Assembly: GCF_018977255.1 (NCBI RefSeq) | Contig: NW_024704742.1 | Location: forward strand, 109,618,001-109,682,000 | Direction: 5' to 3' | DNA: 64,000 nt | From: Callorhinchus milii | Taxonomy: Eukaryota | Shown here: positions 51,759 through 64,000 of the stretch, one piece after another | Numbering within the stretch: the first letter of the stretch is position 1 | Layout of the letters: each line of letters begins with the position of its first letter | The notes under the pieces: generated by a model | What the model was told of the DNA's origin: nothing | The model's input: the letters and a program-made list of their open reading frames with translations, nothing else | The model's database searches: none | Program-made: the position numbers and the translations under genes

Positions 51759-52350
51759 AGGTCATTCAGAACTCTGCAGCTCGTGTACAGTCCCGCACCA
51801 GGCTTCGGGACCACATCACTCCCACCCTCGCTCGCCTCCACTGGCTCCCCATCCCCCAGAGGATTGATTTCAAGATCCTCATCCTCACCTATAAGGCCAT
51901 CCACGGCCTTGCTCCCTCCTACCTCTCTGACCTACTATCCCCCTACCTACCTGCCCGTACCCTCCGTTCCTCCGGCTCCGGTCTGCTCCACATCCCCCGC
52001 CCCAATCGCCCTACAATCGGTGGTCGGGCCTTCAGTCTCTCAGCCCCCAGGCTCTGGAACTCCATCCCCCAGTGCCTTCACCGCCTCCTCCCTCTCCTCC
52101 TTCAAGGCCGGTCTCAAAACCTTTCTCTTTGACCGAGCCTTCAGCTCCCCTCTCGACTCTCTTCCCCCTCCTCGCTCCCTCCCTTCCCTCCCCTCACCCT
52201 GACCATTTCCCCCCTCCTCGCTCCCTCCCTTCCCTCCCCTCACCCTGACCATTTCCCCCTGCTCGGGTCCTGACCCAACTGTGCAGCGCCTTGGGACGTC
52301 CTCCTGACGTGAAAGGCGCTTTATAAATGGAATCTTGTTGTTGTTGTTGT
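51759..52350 (+). mobile_element. Young L2 3' fragment (duplicated 3' UTR unit)
   Basis: Near-identical to the reverse complement of 15576-16160. Confidence 0.95.
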
Positions 52351-54803
52351 AGTGGCTGGACCACAACGTTGAATCAAACAAATAAGAAGTTGTGCTCTAG
52401 GTACAGACACTTTTACAGTGAATGTCTACTGGTTGATAAATTTATCCAATTTAGATGGCATTCATTAAAATATCCCTCATTTTGAGCATACATTGCTGAG
52501 GTGGAAATTGGAATTTAAGTGCACACCACCAAAGGTCAGTACGTTTATTGATGAAAAATAACACTGAGAAGCCTAAAATGTAGAATTGTCAATATGGCAT
52601 TGTTCATACTGAAATTGCACGACGAAGGGAGGAACTAGCTCTTTGTATGCAATAAAACAGAATAAACCAAACTAACTACAAATTTATATCAAAATTACCA
52701 ATTGAAAATTATATGGATTACAAATTATGCTTTGATCCCTTCTAGAGAGAAAATATGCAATGGGTTGAATAGCATTAATGCATTTGCCCTTAAAATAACT
52801 GTTCAGTCATATAAATGCATTGTTTCAGATCAATGAGCTATAAAACAGCTTTTTATTGAAAATAATTTCCATGATTATATGGTGCAGGATTTTACTTTTG
52901 CATGGTTTAATACATGAACAGTCTGTGCTCACTACTGGAATGAGTAAGAAAATGGTGTGATCTGTGGCCTATAGGCATGAAATACATGTAACTTTAAGCT
53001 GTTCTTGTGCTGTCGTTTTTTGCAAATTAATTTTGTACAGAAAAAGGCAGTAACTTCCTCTGAAGATTTATTTATGAAATATTGATGACATTTGTATTAT
53101 GTGTGTGAAATAAGTTACATAGATAAAAAGAGACAGGTTATCAGCTAAGTATTCTGTATACACGCACATGTGCCCTTTGCAAGTGGTCTTCAATAATTGT
53201 AAAGTTAAAAAATTAGCCTGATTAATAATGTAAAATACTGGAGAGAGGTTTTTAATTGCGTTCTTCATTGGATGTGACACATTTAGAACTGAGAAGCATA
53301 TCCACTGAGAATTTTGTAGTCTGAATTCTGAAGTAAAAAAATATATTTTTCAAGATATCCCTAGCTATTACTTGTTTCCATGGTAACAGTCCTATTTGTC
53401 TGACTATACTATCCATAGCTGAAGCCAGATGCAGCAGTGTCGGCAAAACATCCAGATACATCAAAGATGAATTCATCTGCTCAATCTGATCTGCTCAATT
53501 AATGTAAGAACAGCAGCTGAAGGGGGCTAAGAGAGGGCAGTCATTCAGGGTAGGCGAAGCCTCTTTACAGCGAAATACATACAGGGTATGTGTGGAGGGA
53601 ATTTAGCACGCTGTCAAAGGCATTAGCAGAGGAAAGTGTAGGGCCTCTTACACCTAACAGATATGAAGCTGTCAGACAAAGAATAGCACTATTCATTAAA
53701 TGACACTTCTATGCTCCCTCTCTGTAAGCCTGGAGTGAAGTGAAACAAGCAGGGAGCTTTGGAGATAGCTACTTTCTACATCTGCCAATAATGATGGACA
53801 TACAGAGCAATTATGTTGATAGAAAGAGACGACAAGAACCAGATTAGCACTATGTTGATGTTGGACGCTTTGGTTTCATTTAACTGAGGTGAAAATAGAC
53901 TTAAAATGCATACTTCAGGTGAAAGCTTATTAGCTGGTATCTGTATGTTTGAATCACTATGGCTGGTAACAGGTGCAAAGTACCTAAGAGTTCTCCAGGG
54001 GTCACTACCTTTTAAGAATCTTATGCTTAAGCCTTGATGATCTGATTTAGGACCCATTATCAACATTCAGTTACTTATATCTGCATGATCTTTCACTGAT
54101 TGATACCGACTCTGCAGCCACGCGCTCTGTAATGTGCTGTCAGGAAATGCTGACAGATGCAATGAGAGAACAATAAATGTAGGGCAGCGGTAATGTAAAG
54201 GTCCAACTGGGCTGTATGAAAACTGATAGTTGGGATATTGGCTTCTGTGTTACCATATACACCAGCCCCTCTGAGAATTTAGCTTGTGAGTGAATTAAAA
54301 TGGTCTCCAGGTAGACAGCAGGGATCTTCATTTAAAGAAATCTCAGTCTCTACTGGAGAACTTTATTATAGGATGATGTCAGGAAGAAATGAGGGAATTA
54401 TATTTTTCAGAAAACTAAATATATCTGAAAGATGGACTGCATTCCGGTAAGACATATTCTTTAACCTTGTGCACCCAGGATTCTAATTGGTACTTTACAT
54501 TGCAGTCTGTGTGGAGTGTGTAAGAAAAAAAACCCTGAGAAAGACCCATTTTATCAGGATTTTTTAAATCACACCTTTTACGTATTTGGTACTTCTGACT
54601 TCCAAGACTGAATCTATGATGGTGGCTAGAACATTGCAGACTCAACAGCAACAATATCTGTAATACTTTAATGGATATGGGTGACACACCATTGCCAGTA
54701 TCACATTTTTTTAATTAAAAATATATATTTTTGTAAAAAATACATGTCAGGTACTTGAACCCTTGACCAAAAGGTATATGTGAGAGGATGGGAATTCTCT
54801 CCT

Positions 54804-55117
54804 GTAGTCCTGTAGCTCAGTGGTTAAAGCACTCGCCTTGCAAGCGAGACACCTGGGTTCAATTCCAGGCAGGGCGAAACCTTGGGCAAGTTTCCTTGTT
54901 CCACACATCTAATAATAATCCCTCCAAACCAAAACAATAATAAATTGGTCATTTTCAATCCACGAGTGTTTGTGGGACACTGCTGTGCGCAATTGGCTGC
55001 CGCGTTTCGCCCACAAATATACGATCAATTCACTTTACGGTATATTCTGTGAAGCGCTTTGAAACGTCGAGAAGATGTGAAAAGCGCTATATCAAATGCA
55101 AGGATTATTATATTATA
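54804..55117 (+). mobile_element. Full-length tRNA-Ala-like SINE
   Basis: Anticodon arm ctcgc-ctTGCaa-gcgag, A/B boxes and tail. Confidence 0.9.
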
Positions 55118-55335
55118 ATTCCCACAAGTTTTTCATGAATGTGAAAGCCTAAGATCCATTTCATGTATAGCAAAGGCATGACAGAGGTCTAATTATCACT
55201 CACAAGTGAAAGCATGTCAGGAATTCACTGTTATTGGTCAAATAATTAATTTATCCCATGGGAGTTTTAAGAAAAAGCCTCAAATCTTAGCAGAGCTTTT
55301 AAATTAATTCTTAAATGCTCCATGTGACTGCTTTC

Positions 55336-55372
55336 CACCTATGCTAATTTCAAGTGGAAATTAGCATAGGTG
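55336..55372. repeat. Perfect 16-bp inverted repeat with 5-nt spacer
   Basis: CACCTATGCTAATTTC-aagtg-GAAATTAGCATAGGTG. Confidence 0.95.
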
Positions 55373-57914
55373 AATTATCATTTTTTTCCATGACACCAGG
55401 TAGTGATGGAACTGGAAGCTTCCTGTTAGGAAATTAATAAGTTGCTCCAGAGTGTTTCCAATTTACATCAAAATCTACCTTTGCATCGCAAAAGTGTAAT
55501 TGTATTACTTTTGTGTAACATCATTGTGACCAAAATACTATATCAGTTTCAGCTAATCTTGTTCATCAGTGACACATTCTGAAACACTTTCAGCCTGAAA
55601 TGAGTTATGTGTATATTTTGTCTGTTTAAAATTGCAATAACGCAATTACATAATCACAAAATTTCCCAAAATGGCATAGTTGTATTCTTCTGTATGAAAG
55701 GATAAATACATATGTATATAATAGACAAAATATTTGAGTGTTATTTCTCTGCCAGCAGCATTCAGTTGCCCTCAGCACTATCCCACAGTCATGTAGGGAC
55801 TAAGCAATTATTTATGATTCACTTCCAATTTCTTCTCCCCCCCCAAAAAAAAACCTGATGAAACAGTAAGACTGTTTATTAATATGCTCTGGCTCATGTC
55901 CAGTATTGTGAAGGCATGGGAAAATCTATAATTTCATACATGATTTTCAGGCATTTATTATTTATGTTTCTTTCACCTCATTGCAGTTTTAGCTTTTGTT
56001 TTACAGTTTTTCCTCGTTGTAAGAAAATAATTGCATAAGGTTGTGCATGGATAAAGCACAAGAATGGCTATTGTAATGAAGTGGGAAAGAAATTGATTCT
56101 GCCTGTATGATCCTAAAAGTCAGGGACATTTTTGTGATATAATGAGGTCAGTGATTACTTTGTAACTTAGCCAATAATGCAGGAATCACACCATCTTTCC
56201 TTTGTATATGTTTTTTTATACAATGTTTTTTCAAGGAAAGCATTGTATAAAAAACATGGAATGATGTTCAAAATGTACCCTAATGCCAGGTTTCAAAAGT
56301 TGTATAAGAACCCTGGTATGCTTGATTCATTTCTTCATTCTTACAAATGCGTTTTATTCCATATTTTTTCAAAAAATACAAATGTTTTGAAAAACAACAA
56401 ACAATAACTTACATTAATATAGCACCCATCATGTGACGACTAAAAACTAAGACAGAGGAAGGAAAAGTAAGAGGTTTTGTGAGACTGTGTTCTTTATGAA
56501 ATACACCCTCTTATACTGCCATATTGGATGAATGTTCTTCCCCACTCCATTATACATAGCCTCTTATTCCAAACTGCACTCTTGTGTTTTTCTCATCATT
56601 GGCAGCAGCCCTGATCATTGTTCTTGGGGTAAAATGGTGTAAATTGTTGAATACAATTTTCCTCCAAAGTTATTTTTTCAAAAGTCTGATATTGTTTTAT
56701 TGAATTTTAAATTAAATTTCTGTTTTGAAGGTTACCAACGTTATCATCTCAGTCAATACGTCTTATTATCTTTCATCACAACATCACAAGTGAAGCTTGG
56801 TTGATGAAGGTCCTTTGGCCTATTTAATCTCTACAATCAATAAATTCCAACCCTTCTGTCCTCCCATTAGCACACACTGTATCAATGCAGTCACCAGCTC
56901 TGCCTGATCATTTCTTGTCGATTCATATCTGCCCTCCAGAAGATGACAGCTCCCAGTATCAAAATGTTCCATGCATGTTATGGATCTTTTACAATGTCTG
57001 TTTTCAGTTATTGTTCAATGCATGACTTTCTGAATCTGAAGCCTACTTCAATATCACTGAAAGGGACTTCAGAAAGGACTTTACAGGATAATAGGTCAAT
57101 AACATGAGGAAGTTTAATACCATTCAGGAAGATCTGAACCAATCAATCAGATGGGCCAAGGATGGGCATTGTGGAACAAGAAATATGTTACAAAATAAGG
57201 CCCGTCCTGAACAGAGGTGGAAATTATTATTATTATCAAACCCATATGTCCTATATAAGTTCTCAATTGCGTAGCTTTTCCTTTGCCACTCATAAGTGAG
57301 TTATAGCAACTGCAGCATCATAAATTGGGCAAATTATTCTACTATATTGCCTCATTTGGCTCTGAGTTTTAAATAAACCCACTCACATTCAAAGCATTCA
57401 TAGAATTATATTTTCATAGTAAGAAGTCTGTTTAGAGACAAAATGAAGAATTCCTAGGTCCTCCTCAAGAAAGAACAGAAAAGTCTTCACACGTGGACTT
57501 CTGAAACAGGATTGTGTTTGAGTTTCAATCGTTTATTCTATGTGTAGTTAAAATTACCTTTTCAAGATTTACATTCCCATGTTATTTATAAAAAGTGGAT
57601 ACTTTCACTGTTACCACTACCCTTCTTTCAATGATACTTATTTTCTGCCTTGGTTTTGTCTATCATATTATTAGACACTGAATCACTTTTAAAGCCCGCC
57701 TTGGGATTTACCTTTTCGATCAGTCTTTTGTTCATTTCATTTATTAACAGACTGCTTTACGAAAGTGCTTTGTGATTCTCATGGAACAGAAACATGTCAA
57801 AAATATTCTTGTGTATTCAGGATAACAAAATCTGTGAAACTGTGTACAGTACGTATATACAACTTGTATTTGTATTGTGCTTGTCATGTCCGTTGATGAG
57901 TATGGAACACGCAG

Positions 57915-58830
57915 GGAATTTGGAGAAGTAGATTTGTGTGGCATCAGCATACATGTGGAAGTTGACCCCATGTCTGTGAATGACATCATCGAGAGGGAAT
58001 ATGTAGATGAAGAAGAGAAAGAGGCCAAGGATGGAGCCCTGGGGTAGCCGCAGGTGACCGGACTGGGGCGAGAGGAAAAACTATTTGCCGAGGCGAAGTT
58101 CTGGCAATTGGTTAAGTATGATTCGAACCATGCAAGTGTGGGCCCACTAAGGTGGATGAGGGAGGAGAGGCGGTGGATGAGGATGGCGTGGTGTACTGTG
58201 TCAAACACACAGAGGGGTCCAGGAGGATGAGGAGGCAGAGGGATCACTGATCACAGAGAGATGACCACATTTGTTTTTTTGAAAAGTGCTATCTTTGTGC
58301 TGTAGGTTGGGCGGAAACCGGACTGGAGGGGTTCGAGTCGGGAGTGGAGGGTGAGGTGTGAACAGAGTTGGTTTGTAACAGCATGTTCCAGGCTTTGGCC
58401 AGGAAGGGCAGGTTTGAAATGGGATGGTAGTGCGCGAGGTTGAAGGGATCGAGAGAGTTTTGTAAGGAGGGGAATGATCACAGCTGTTTTGAGGGGGAGT
58501 GGGACTGAGCCTGAGGAGAGGAACTGATTTCTGGTGTCTGCCAGCAGTGGGCAGAGGAGGAGGAGTTGAGCGACCAGCAGTTGGGTGGGGAGGGTGTTGT
58601 GGCAGCAGGTGGGGGTTTCATCTGGGTGATGGAGGATGAGAGGGAGGAAAAAGAGATTGGGCAAAGGCGTGTAGGTTGGGGCCCGTGGTAGTAGCCGTGG
58701 GAGGAGGTATGGTAAATAGAGAAGGAATGTGGGGGGGTGGGGGGAAGGGGGAGGAGGAAGAGGCAACCAGGCGGATGTTATCTATTTTGCGGATAAAGAA
58801 ATCCAAGACCTCTTTGCACTTGGCATTAGA
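57915..58830 (-). mobile_element. Internal L2 fragment, degraded
   Basis: [30 protein letters not shown], and a YADA remnant. Confidence 0.85.
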
Positions 58831-58835
58831 TGTTA

Positions 58836-58950
58836 GATAAAAATAATCCTTGCATTTGATATTGCGCCTTATCACGATTTTGACACTTCTCAAAGCGCTT
58901 CACAGAATATATGGTAAAGTGAATTGACTGTATATTTTGTGGGTGAAATG
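58836..58950 (-). mobile_element. SINE 3' fragment
   Basis: Reverse complement of the family tail. Confidence 0.8.
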
Positions 58951-61127
58951 TATAAGTCTGTCATTGCTGTATTATGCAGCTATTTGAGTTTTTTAAATCC
59001 CCCCCCCCACTTCTCCTAACAATTGAACCACGCAATATTTTTGAATCAAGTTGAAAATTAGACTGTTAAAAGTCTGCATTTGAAACCTGTCTTGAGATGT
59101 GTGATATTGGTTAAAAGCCCATGAAACGACTGAAGAATTTTACAGCTTACGGATACGGATCTGAAATGGAGCGAGCATTCGAAAAGTATGGTGTAATTTG
59201 ATGCAGAGTTGTAAAGCTTCTAATAGCTGAGTATAATAGCAGCAGAGAGGTATGTTAAATAAAGTGGAAAAAATATTGAAATATAAAATAATGACAATTA
59301 CAGTACTTAAAAATTAGTTGTCCTTATACCGACTAATTTCTGGGAAGTGTACTTGTTAAAACCAGCAGTGGTTGTCGACCAATGCAATACAGTCTTCTAT
59401 TTATATTGTGGCACTTGTGTGACTTGTCAACTGTGGAAATAGCATTATATTTCTGCAGATATGATGTTGTCAGCTGTATATCAGTACTTTCACAGAACAC
59501 TGGGACAGTGGTGCTATAAGCTCCATCAACGCCAGCTTTCACACACACTCTGCTCTTTGAAGCCACCACTTACTGCCCCCTCAAAGCATCCCTTGCAATC
59601 CCTTACACCCCACCCCCCACCCCATCACAAAATCACACAGTATATCCTCACTTCATTTTCAGTTATCTGTCTCAAAATTATAAGGTGTCTCTATTCATTG
59701 TTAAAAAGGAAATGTGTACCAATCCTAATAAAATGTAAAATCAACGTAAAGTGTCTGAAAACAATTCGCTAGAAGATTTTAAAATGCCTGATTTTAAAGC
59801 TATTAGTTTCATGTAAGACTTCAGAATTTGTTCAGCCTCCCATTTGAAGATCAAAATTATATTTCACAGATGACGGTACCATGTCCTTTATCTATGTTAG
59901 TGGGACTTTAGAAGTCAACAAGGGTTATTCTGTTTTATGAGCTTCATGTGTAGTGTATTTATTTGATGAAGACTGAGCGCTTTTGTGGTCCATTTGGTAT
60001 TGTTCATCAATTTGATCCTTTGTATTTATGAATAATTTTGATTGTACGTATTTATAAATAATTTTAATCCAATTTTAAAAATATAATTTACTGTCATGTC
60101 TTCAATTCCATGGCATTTCCAGTTTAAATGCATTAACATTGCAGAAAGGCACAATTTGTAAATAGGGTAACCCGAAAAATATAAAACTGAGTAAATTTTG
60201 AACAAATTAATTGTCCCCTCTCCTATTGGCCTAAACACCTATCTCTTTAATGACTCCTTTAATCACTCCCACCCCCTCATCACTCATTCAGTATCTGACC
60301 CCCATCAATGTGATGTTATTGTATATGAAGGGTATTAAAAAATAAGTTGCAATCTCTACAGACCAGCAGGAAATTTCTGTTTCAACAGTTTGTGGATTTT
60401 TCCAGAATATTTTTGCCATCTGTGAAAGTGGTGAAAATTAGACCCTGGCAAATTCCTTCCTCAATATAACTGTGATCTGTGTTTCATAACCAACATGTTT
60501 CAGTTACTTCACCCACTTCTTTGTTATATTGACTTTCCAGCCAGACCACAGTGACTCTAACTTCAAAAGATATTCTCAATGGGGTTTCTTTGTTTTGGGA
60601 TGAAAGGTTTTGCTCACACCTTTAATTAAACCTTGAGTCACAGGATGATATTCATTATGGTGCAGGGAGATGGCATGGAGTGAGTAAGAAATTGATATTT
60701 AATTAATTTGTGGATTACAATTTTGGTTTGTAAATTAATCTGAATATATTTTGATGTCATTGATGAGTATTTACACTACTATTAACGGAAACAGATTGTT
60801 CGAATGAAAATATTTCTTTGCTGGAAATAAAAATAAAATAAGTTTAGGCAGGAACAGATCAGAGCAGAGTGGGCACATCTGCACTGAGAACTTGATGATA
60901 AAGGTTAGTCAAACACAGTGATAGTTCAGTAAATTTCCAAACTTATCTTATGTTGGAATAGTTTAAATGCATGTTTCTAGAGTGGTAGCAATAGGTAACT
61001 CAATTACGTTGCTTGTCAATAAGAAACAGTGTTTATGTTTTGTTGTGTAAAATAATAACAAAATGAAGACATATATCCCTGTGCCAGATGTGTCAGTCAG
61101 AGTATTTGTGAGTGAGTGATCAAGGAC

Positions 61128-61265
61128 GTGCGCAATTGGCTGCCGCGTTCGCCCACAAATATACAGTCAATTCACTTTACAGTATATTCTGTGAAGCGCT
61201 TTGGGACGCTCTCCCGACGTGAAAAGCGCTATATCAAATGCAAGGATTATTATTATTATTATTAT
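61128..61265 (+). mobile_element. 5'-truncated SINE
   Basis: gtgcgcaattggctgccgcg...(TTA)n. Confidence 0.9.
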
Positions 61266-61630
61266 AAAGTATCACTTATTTTAAATTTAACCCTAAATCG
61301 CCAAAGAGAACAGATGAAATGATGAATCAAACAAGGATGTTTGACCATAAAACCTTTCCTATTAAGTTTTAAAAAAAATAATTGCAACCTTTGACTATAT
61401 TACTGGGTAAACTTTTTTCTTACTATTTTCAGTCATCTTTTAGGAAAATGTAATTAAGCGAAATTACCCTACATGCCTTTTTTCCTCTTGCCAATTTTCT
61501 GCCCTCTATTTATTCTCTTTTTTATTTAATTGGGGAGTGACATGGGCAGTGATTATCCTCCGGGGGTGTGGGTGGGGAGGTAAGCGAGGTCTCCTCGGAG
61601 CTGAATTGGCTCCAGGGTAATAACAACAAC

Positions 61631-61787
61631 AATAATAATAATAATAATAATAATCCTTGCATTTTGATATAGCGCTTTTCACGTTGGGAGGATGTCCCAA
61701 AGCGCTTCACAGAACACACTGTAAAGTGAATTGACTGTATATTTGTGGGCGAACGCGGCAGCCAATTGCGCACAGCAATGTCCCACA
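61631..61787 (-). mobile_element. 5'-truncated SINE within the (TTG)n tail of the adjacent L2
   Basis: Flanked on both sides by caacaacaa. Confidence 0.85.
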
Positions 61788-62825
61788 ACAACAAGAAGAT
61801 TGCATTTATAGAGCGCCTTTCACGTCGGGAGGACGTCCCAAGGCGCTGGATAGTTGGGTCGGGACCCGAGCAAGGGGGAAATGGTCAGGGTGAGGGGAGG
61901 GAAGGGAGGGAGCGAGAAGGGGGTAGAGAGTCGAGAGGGGAGCTGAAGGCACGGTTGAAGAGAAAGGTCTTGAGACCGGCCTTGAAGGAGGAAAGGGAGG
62001 AGGCGGCGAAGGCACTGGGGGATGGAGCTCCAGAGCCGAGGGGCTGAGAGGCTGAAGGCCCGGCCACCGATGGTAGGACGGTTAGGGCGGGGGATGTGGA
62101 GCAGACCGGAGCCAGAGGAACGGAGGGTACGGGCAGGTAGGTAGGGGGATAGTAGGTCGGAGAGGTAGGAGGGTGCAAGGCTGTAAATGGCCTTGTAGGT
62201 GAGGATGAGGATCTCAAATTCGATCCAGTGGGATGGGGAGCCAGTGGAGGTGAGCGAGGGTGGGAGTGATGTGGTCACGAAGCCTGGTGCGGGATAGTAC
62301 ACGAGCTGCAGAGTTCTGAATGACCTGCAGCTTGTGGAGGGAGGTGGCGGGAAGGCGGACGAGGAGAGAGTTCCCATAGTCCAGCCTTGAGGTGATAAAG
62401 GTGTGGACCAGTGTTTCAGCAGCGTGAGGGGTGAGGTAGTGCCGTAGTCTGGTGATGTTCCGAAGGTGGTGGAAGGCGGTGCCAGTTGTGGCGCGGATGT
62501 GGGGAAGAAAGGACAGCTCAGGGTCGAACAGAACGCCGAGGTTCCTGACTGGCTTTGAGAGGTGGAGAGTGCAGCCTTGGATGCTGATGCTGTCAGCGCC
62601 TGAAGTGCGGAGGCGCTGATGCGAGCCAATCAGGAGGGCCTCAGTTTTGCGCACGTTGAGCTGAAGAAAGTCGTCTCTCGTCCAGGACTCGATGTCGGAC
62701 AGGCTGTCAGGACATCAGTGGTCGTGGAGTTGAGGGTAGAGGAGGAAAGGTAGAGTTGGGTGTCATCCGCATACATGTGGAAGTTAACCCCATGTCTGCG
62801 GATGATGTCACCAGGGGGTAGCATG
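61788..62825 (-). mobile_element. 5'-truncated young L2 LINE (single-copy 3' UTR unit)
   Basis: YADD RT C-terminus, very similar to 15576-16660. Confidence 0.95.
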
Positions 62826-64000
62826 CCTGGAAACAGAATATTGGAATCGAGCCAACCCTCTGTGGATGTCTTGGTAGTTCAGTTTCTGTCCCAGGTGGGT
62901 CTGCTGTATTCCAGGGCACTGCTGATGACAACACAGGATCATCGGCAGGACCTAGAAGGGCAGACTAGTCATTGGGGGTAGTCATCCGACTCAGCTCCTG
63001 ATAACTGGGCAAGCCGAAGCCCTAATAGGTAGGGTGATCATAGCAGGACAAGCAGCAGGAAAGCTTGCCTGACAGCAATATCAGCAAGCTGGGTGTTTTT
63101 AGTTGGTTAGACTCCAGCAGTACCCCAACGCACACTCGGGTTCCCAAGCCTTGGCTCTTGCCAACCTGCACCTAATACTTTCCGGAATTAGGTAAGCAGG
63201 ATGTCGTCCCTCCAGGGAGAGAGTACACATTCCATTCCAACAATCTATCTCTGGGATTTCCATATGTAGCTGGGATGCATGGATATCTCAGCTTAGTTTG
63301 GATGCTCTTAAGCACGGTGATGGGTTTCCGCAAGTGTCAGGCACTCGGATGACCAAAAAAAATATAGGCAGCAAACACTATCTTGCCAAAGTGACAAGAT
63401 AATTCATATGTTAACCTTGACAATAGTGTCAACAGGTCATCTGTAGGGCAGAGAGGGAGGGACGAAGGGAGGGAGGGGAAGAATTGTAGCTTGACTCATT
63501 CCTATCTTCATGTGATATCTATACACACACTTCCAGCAGGAATTCCTGAGGATACATCAGTTGGAATCCTCACTGATCTTTCCTCCCTAACCACAGGTAC
63601 TGAGACCAATTACGATGTTCCCGATGCTGCTCTGACAGAGATCAATTGACTCAGCATAAACTAGAGATCAAAACTAATGAATTACCAACTAGTTTTGTTG
63701 GCTCAGGGGAGTGGGGAGGGCACATATAACTTGTTACTCAAGCTTTATGCTTTCACTTGTTGAACATTTTTTTCACTGTTCTCTTCATTATGGTAAGAGA
63801 TGATCTAATTTAAATCACTCTAAAGGAATACTTAGTATAATCAAAAAGTATTATCTGAAGATGTAGATATCAGTGGAGAAACAAAATTATAGTTCTGAAA
63901 TTCTACCTTGTGTTAATCTGCAAAAGCATTTTGTCTTAAAATTTAAGATTGTGCAGAATGGTGGAAAATTCATCTATTTAAAAGCTAGATTTAGATGGCT

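Noticed and set aside
59145..59249. Exon-like segment between ttttacag and gtatgt
   Set aside because: It has stop codons in all three frames and no homology.
1..64000. CRISPR array, operon or prokaryotic defence system
   Set aside because: There is no regularly spaced repeat-spacer structure and no gene-dense organisation. The sequence is intron-rich vertebrate DNA.

Overview
Eukaryotic, AT-rich vertebrate genomic DNA. The repeat content (young C-rich L2 LINEs, tRNA-Ala-headed SINEs with a DeuSINE/L2-type tail, SacSINE1-like DeuSINEs, CR1 remnants) points to a cartilaginous fish, most likely a holocephalan such as Callorhinchus; this is inference. The only host gene I can support is three in-frame + strand exons (4028-4184, 5944-6099, 10824-10918) matching the C-terminal part of KIAA0825 as I recall it. 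The intron between the second and third exons has a GC donor. The expected terminal exon is not recognisable, so the remaining ~53 kb is probably one long intron filled with retroelements and some repeat-free, enhancer-like blocks. Most ORFs in the supplied track are retroelement fragments or chance ORFs. The best sequence-visible observations are: an L2/SINE pair sharing a 3' stem-loop with a compensatory base-pair change; a nearly full-length L2 apparently lacking ORF1; a Vingi/Ingi-like LINE relic; minimal stem-loop-only insertions; and a perfect 16-bp palindrome. I found no convincing novel protein-coding system. Repeat boundaries were read by eye and are approximate.
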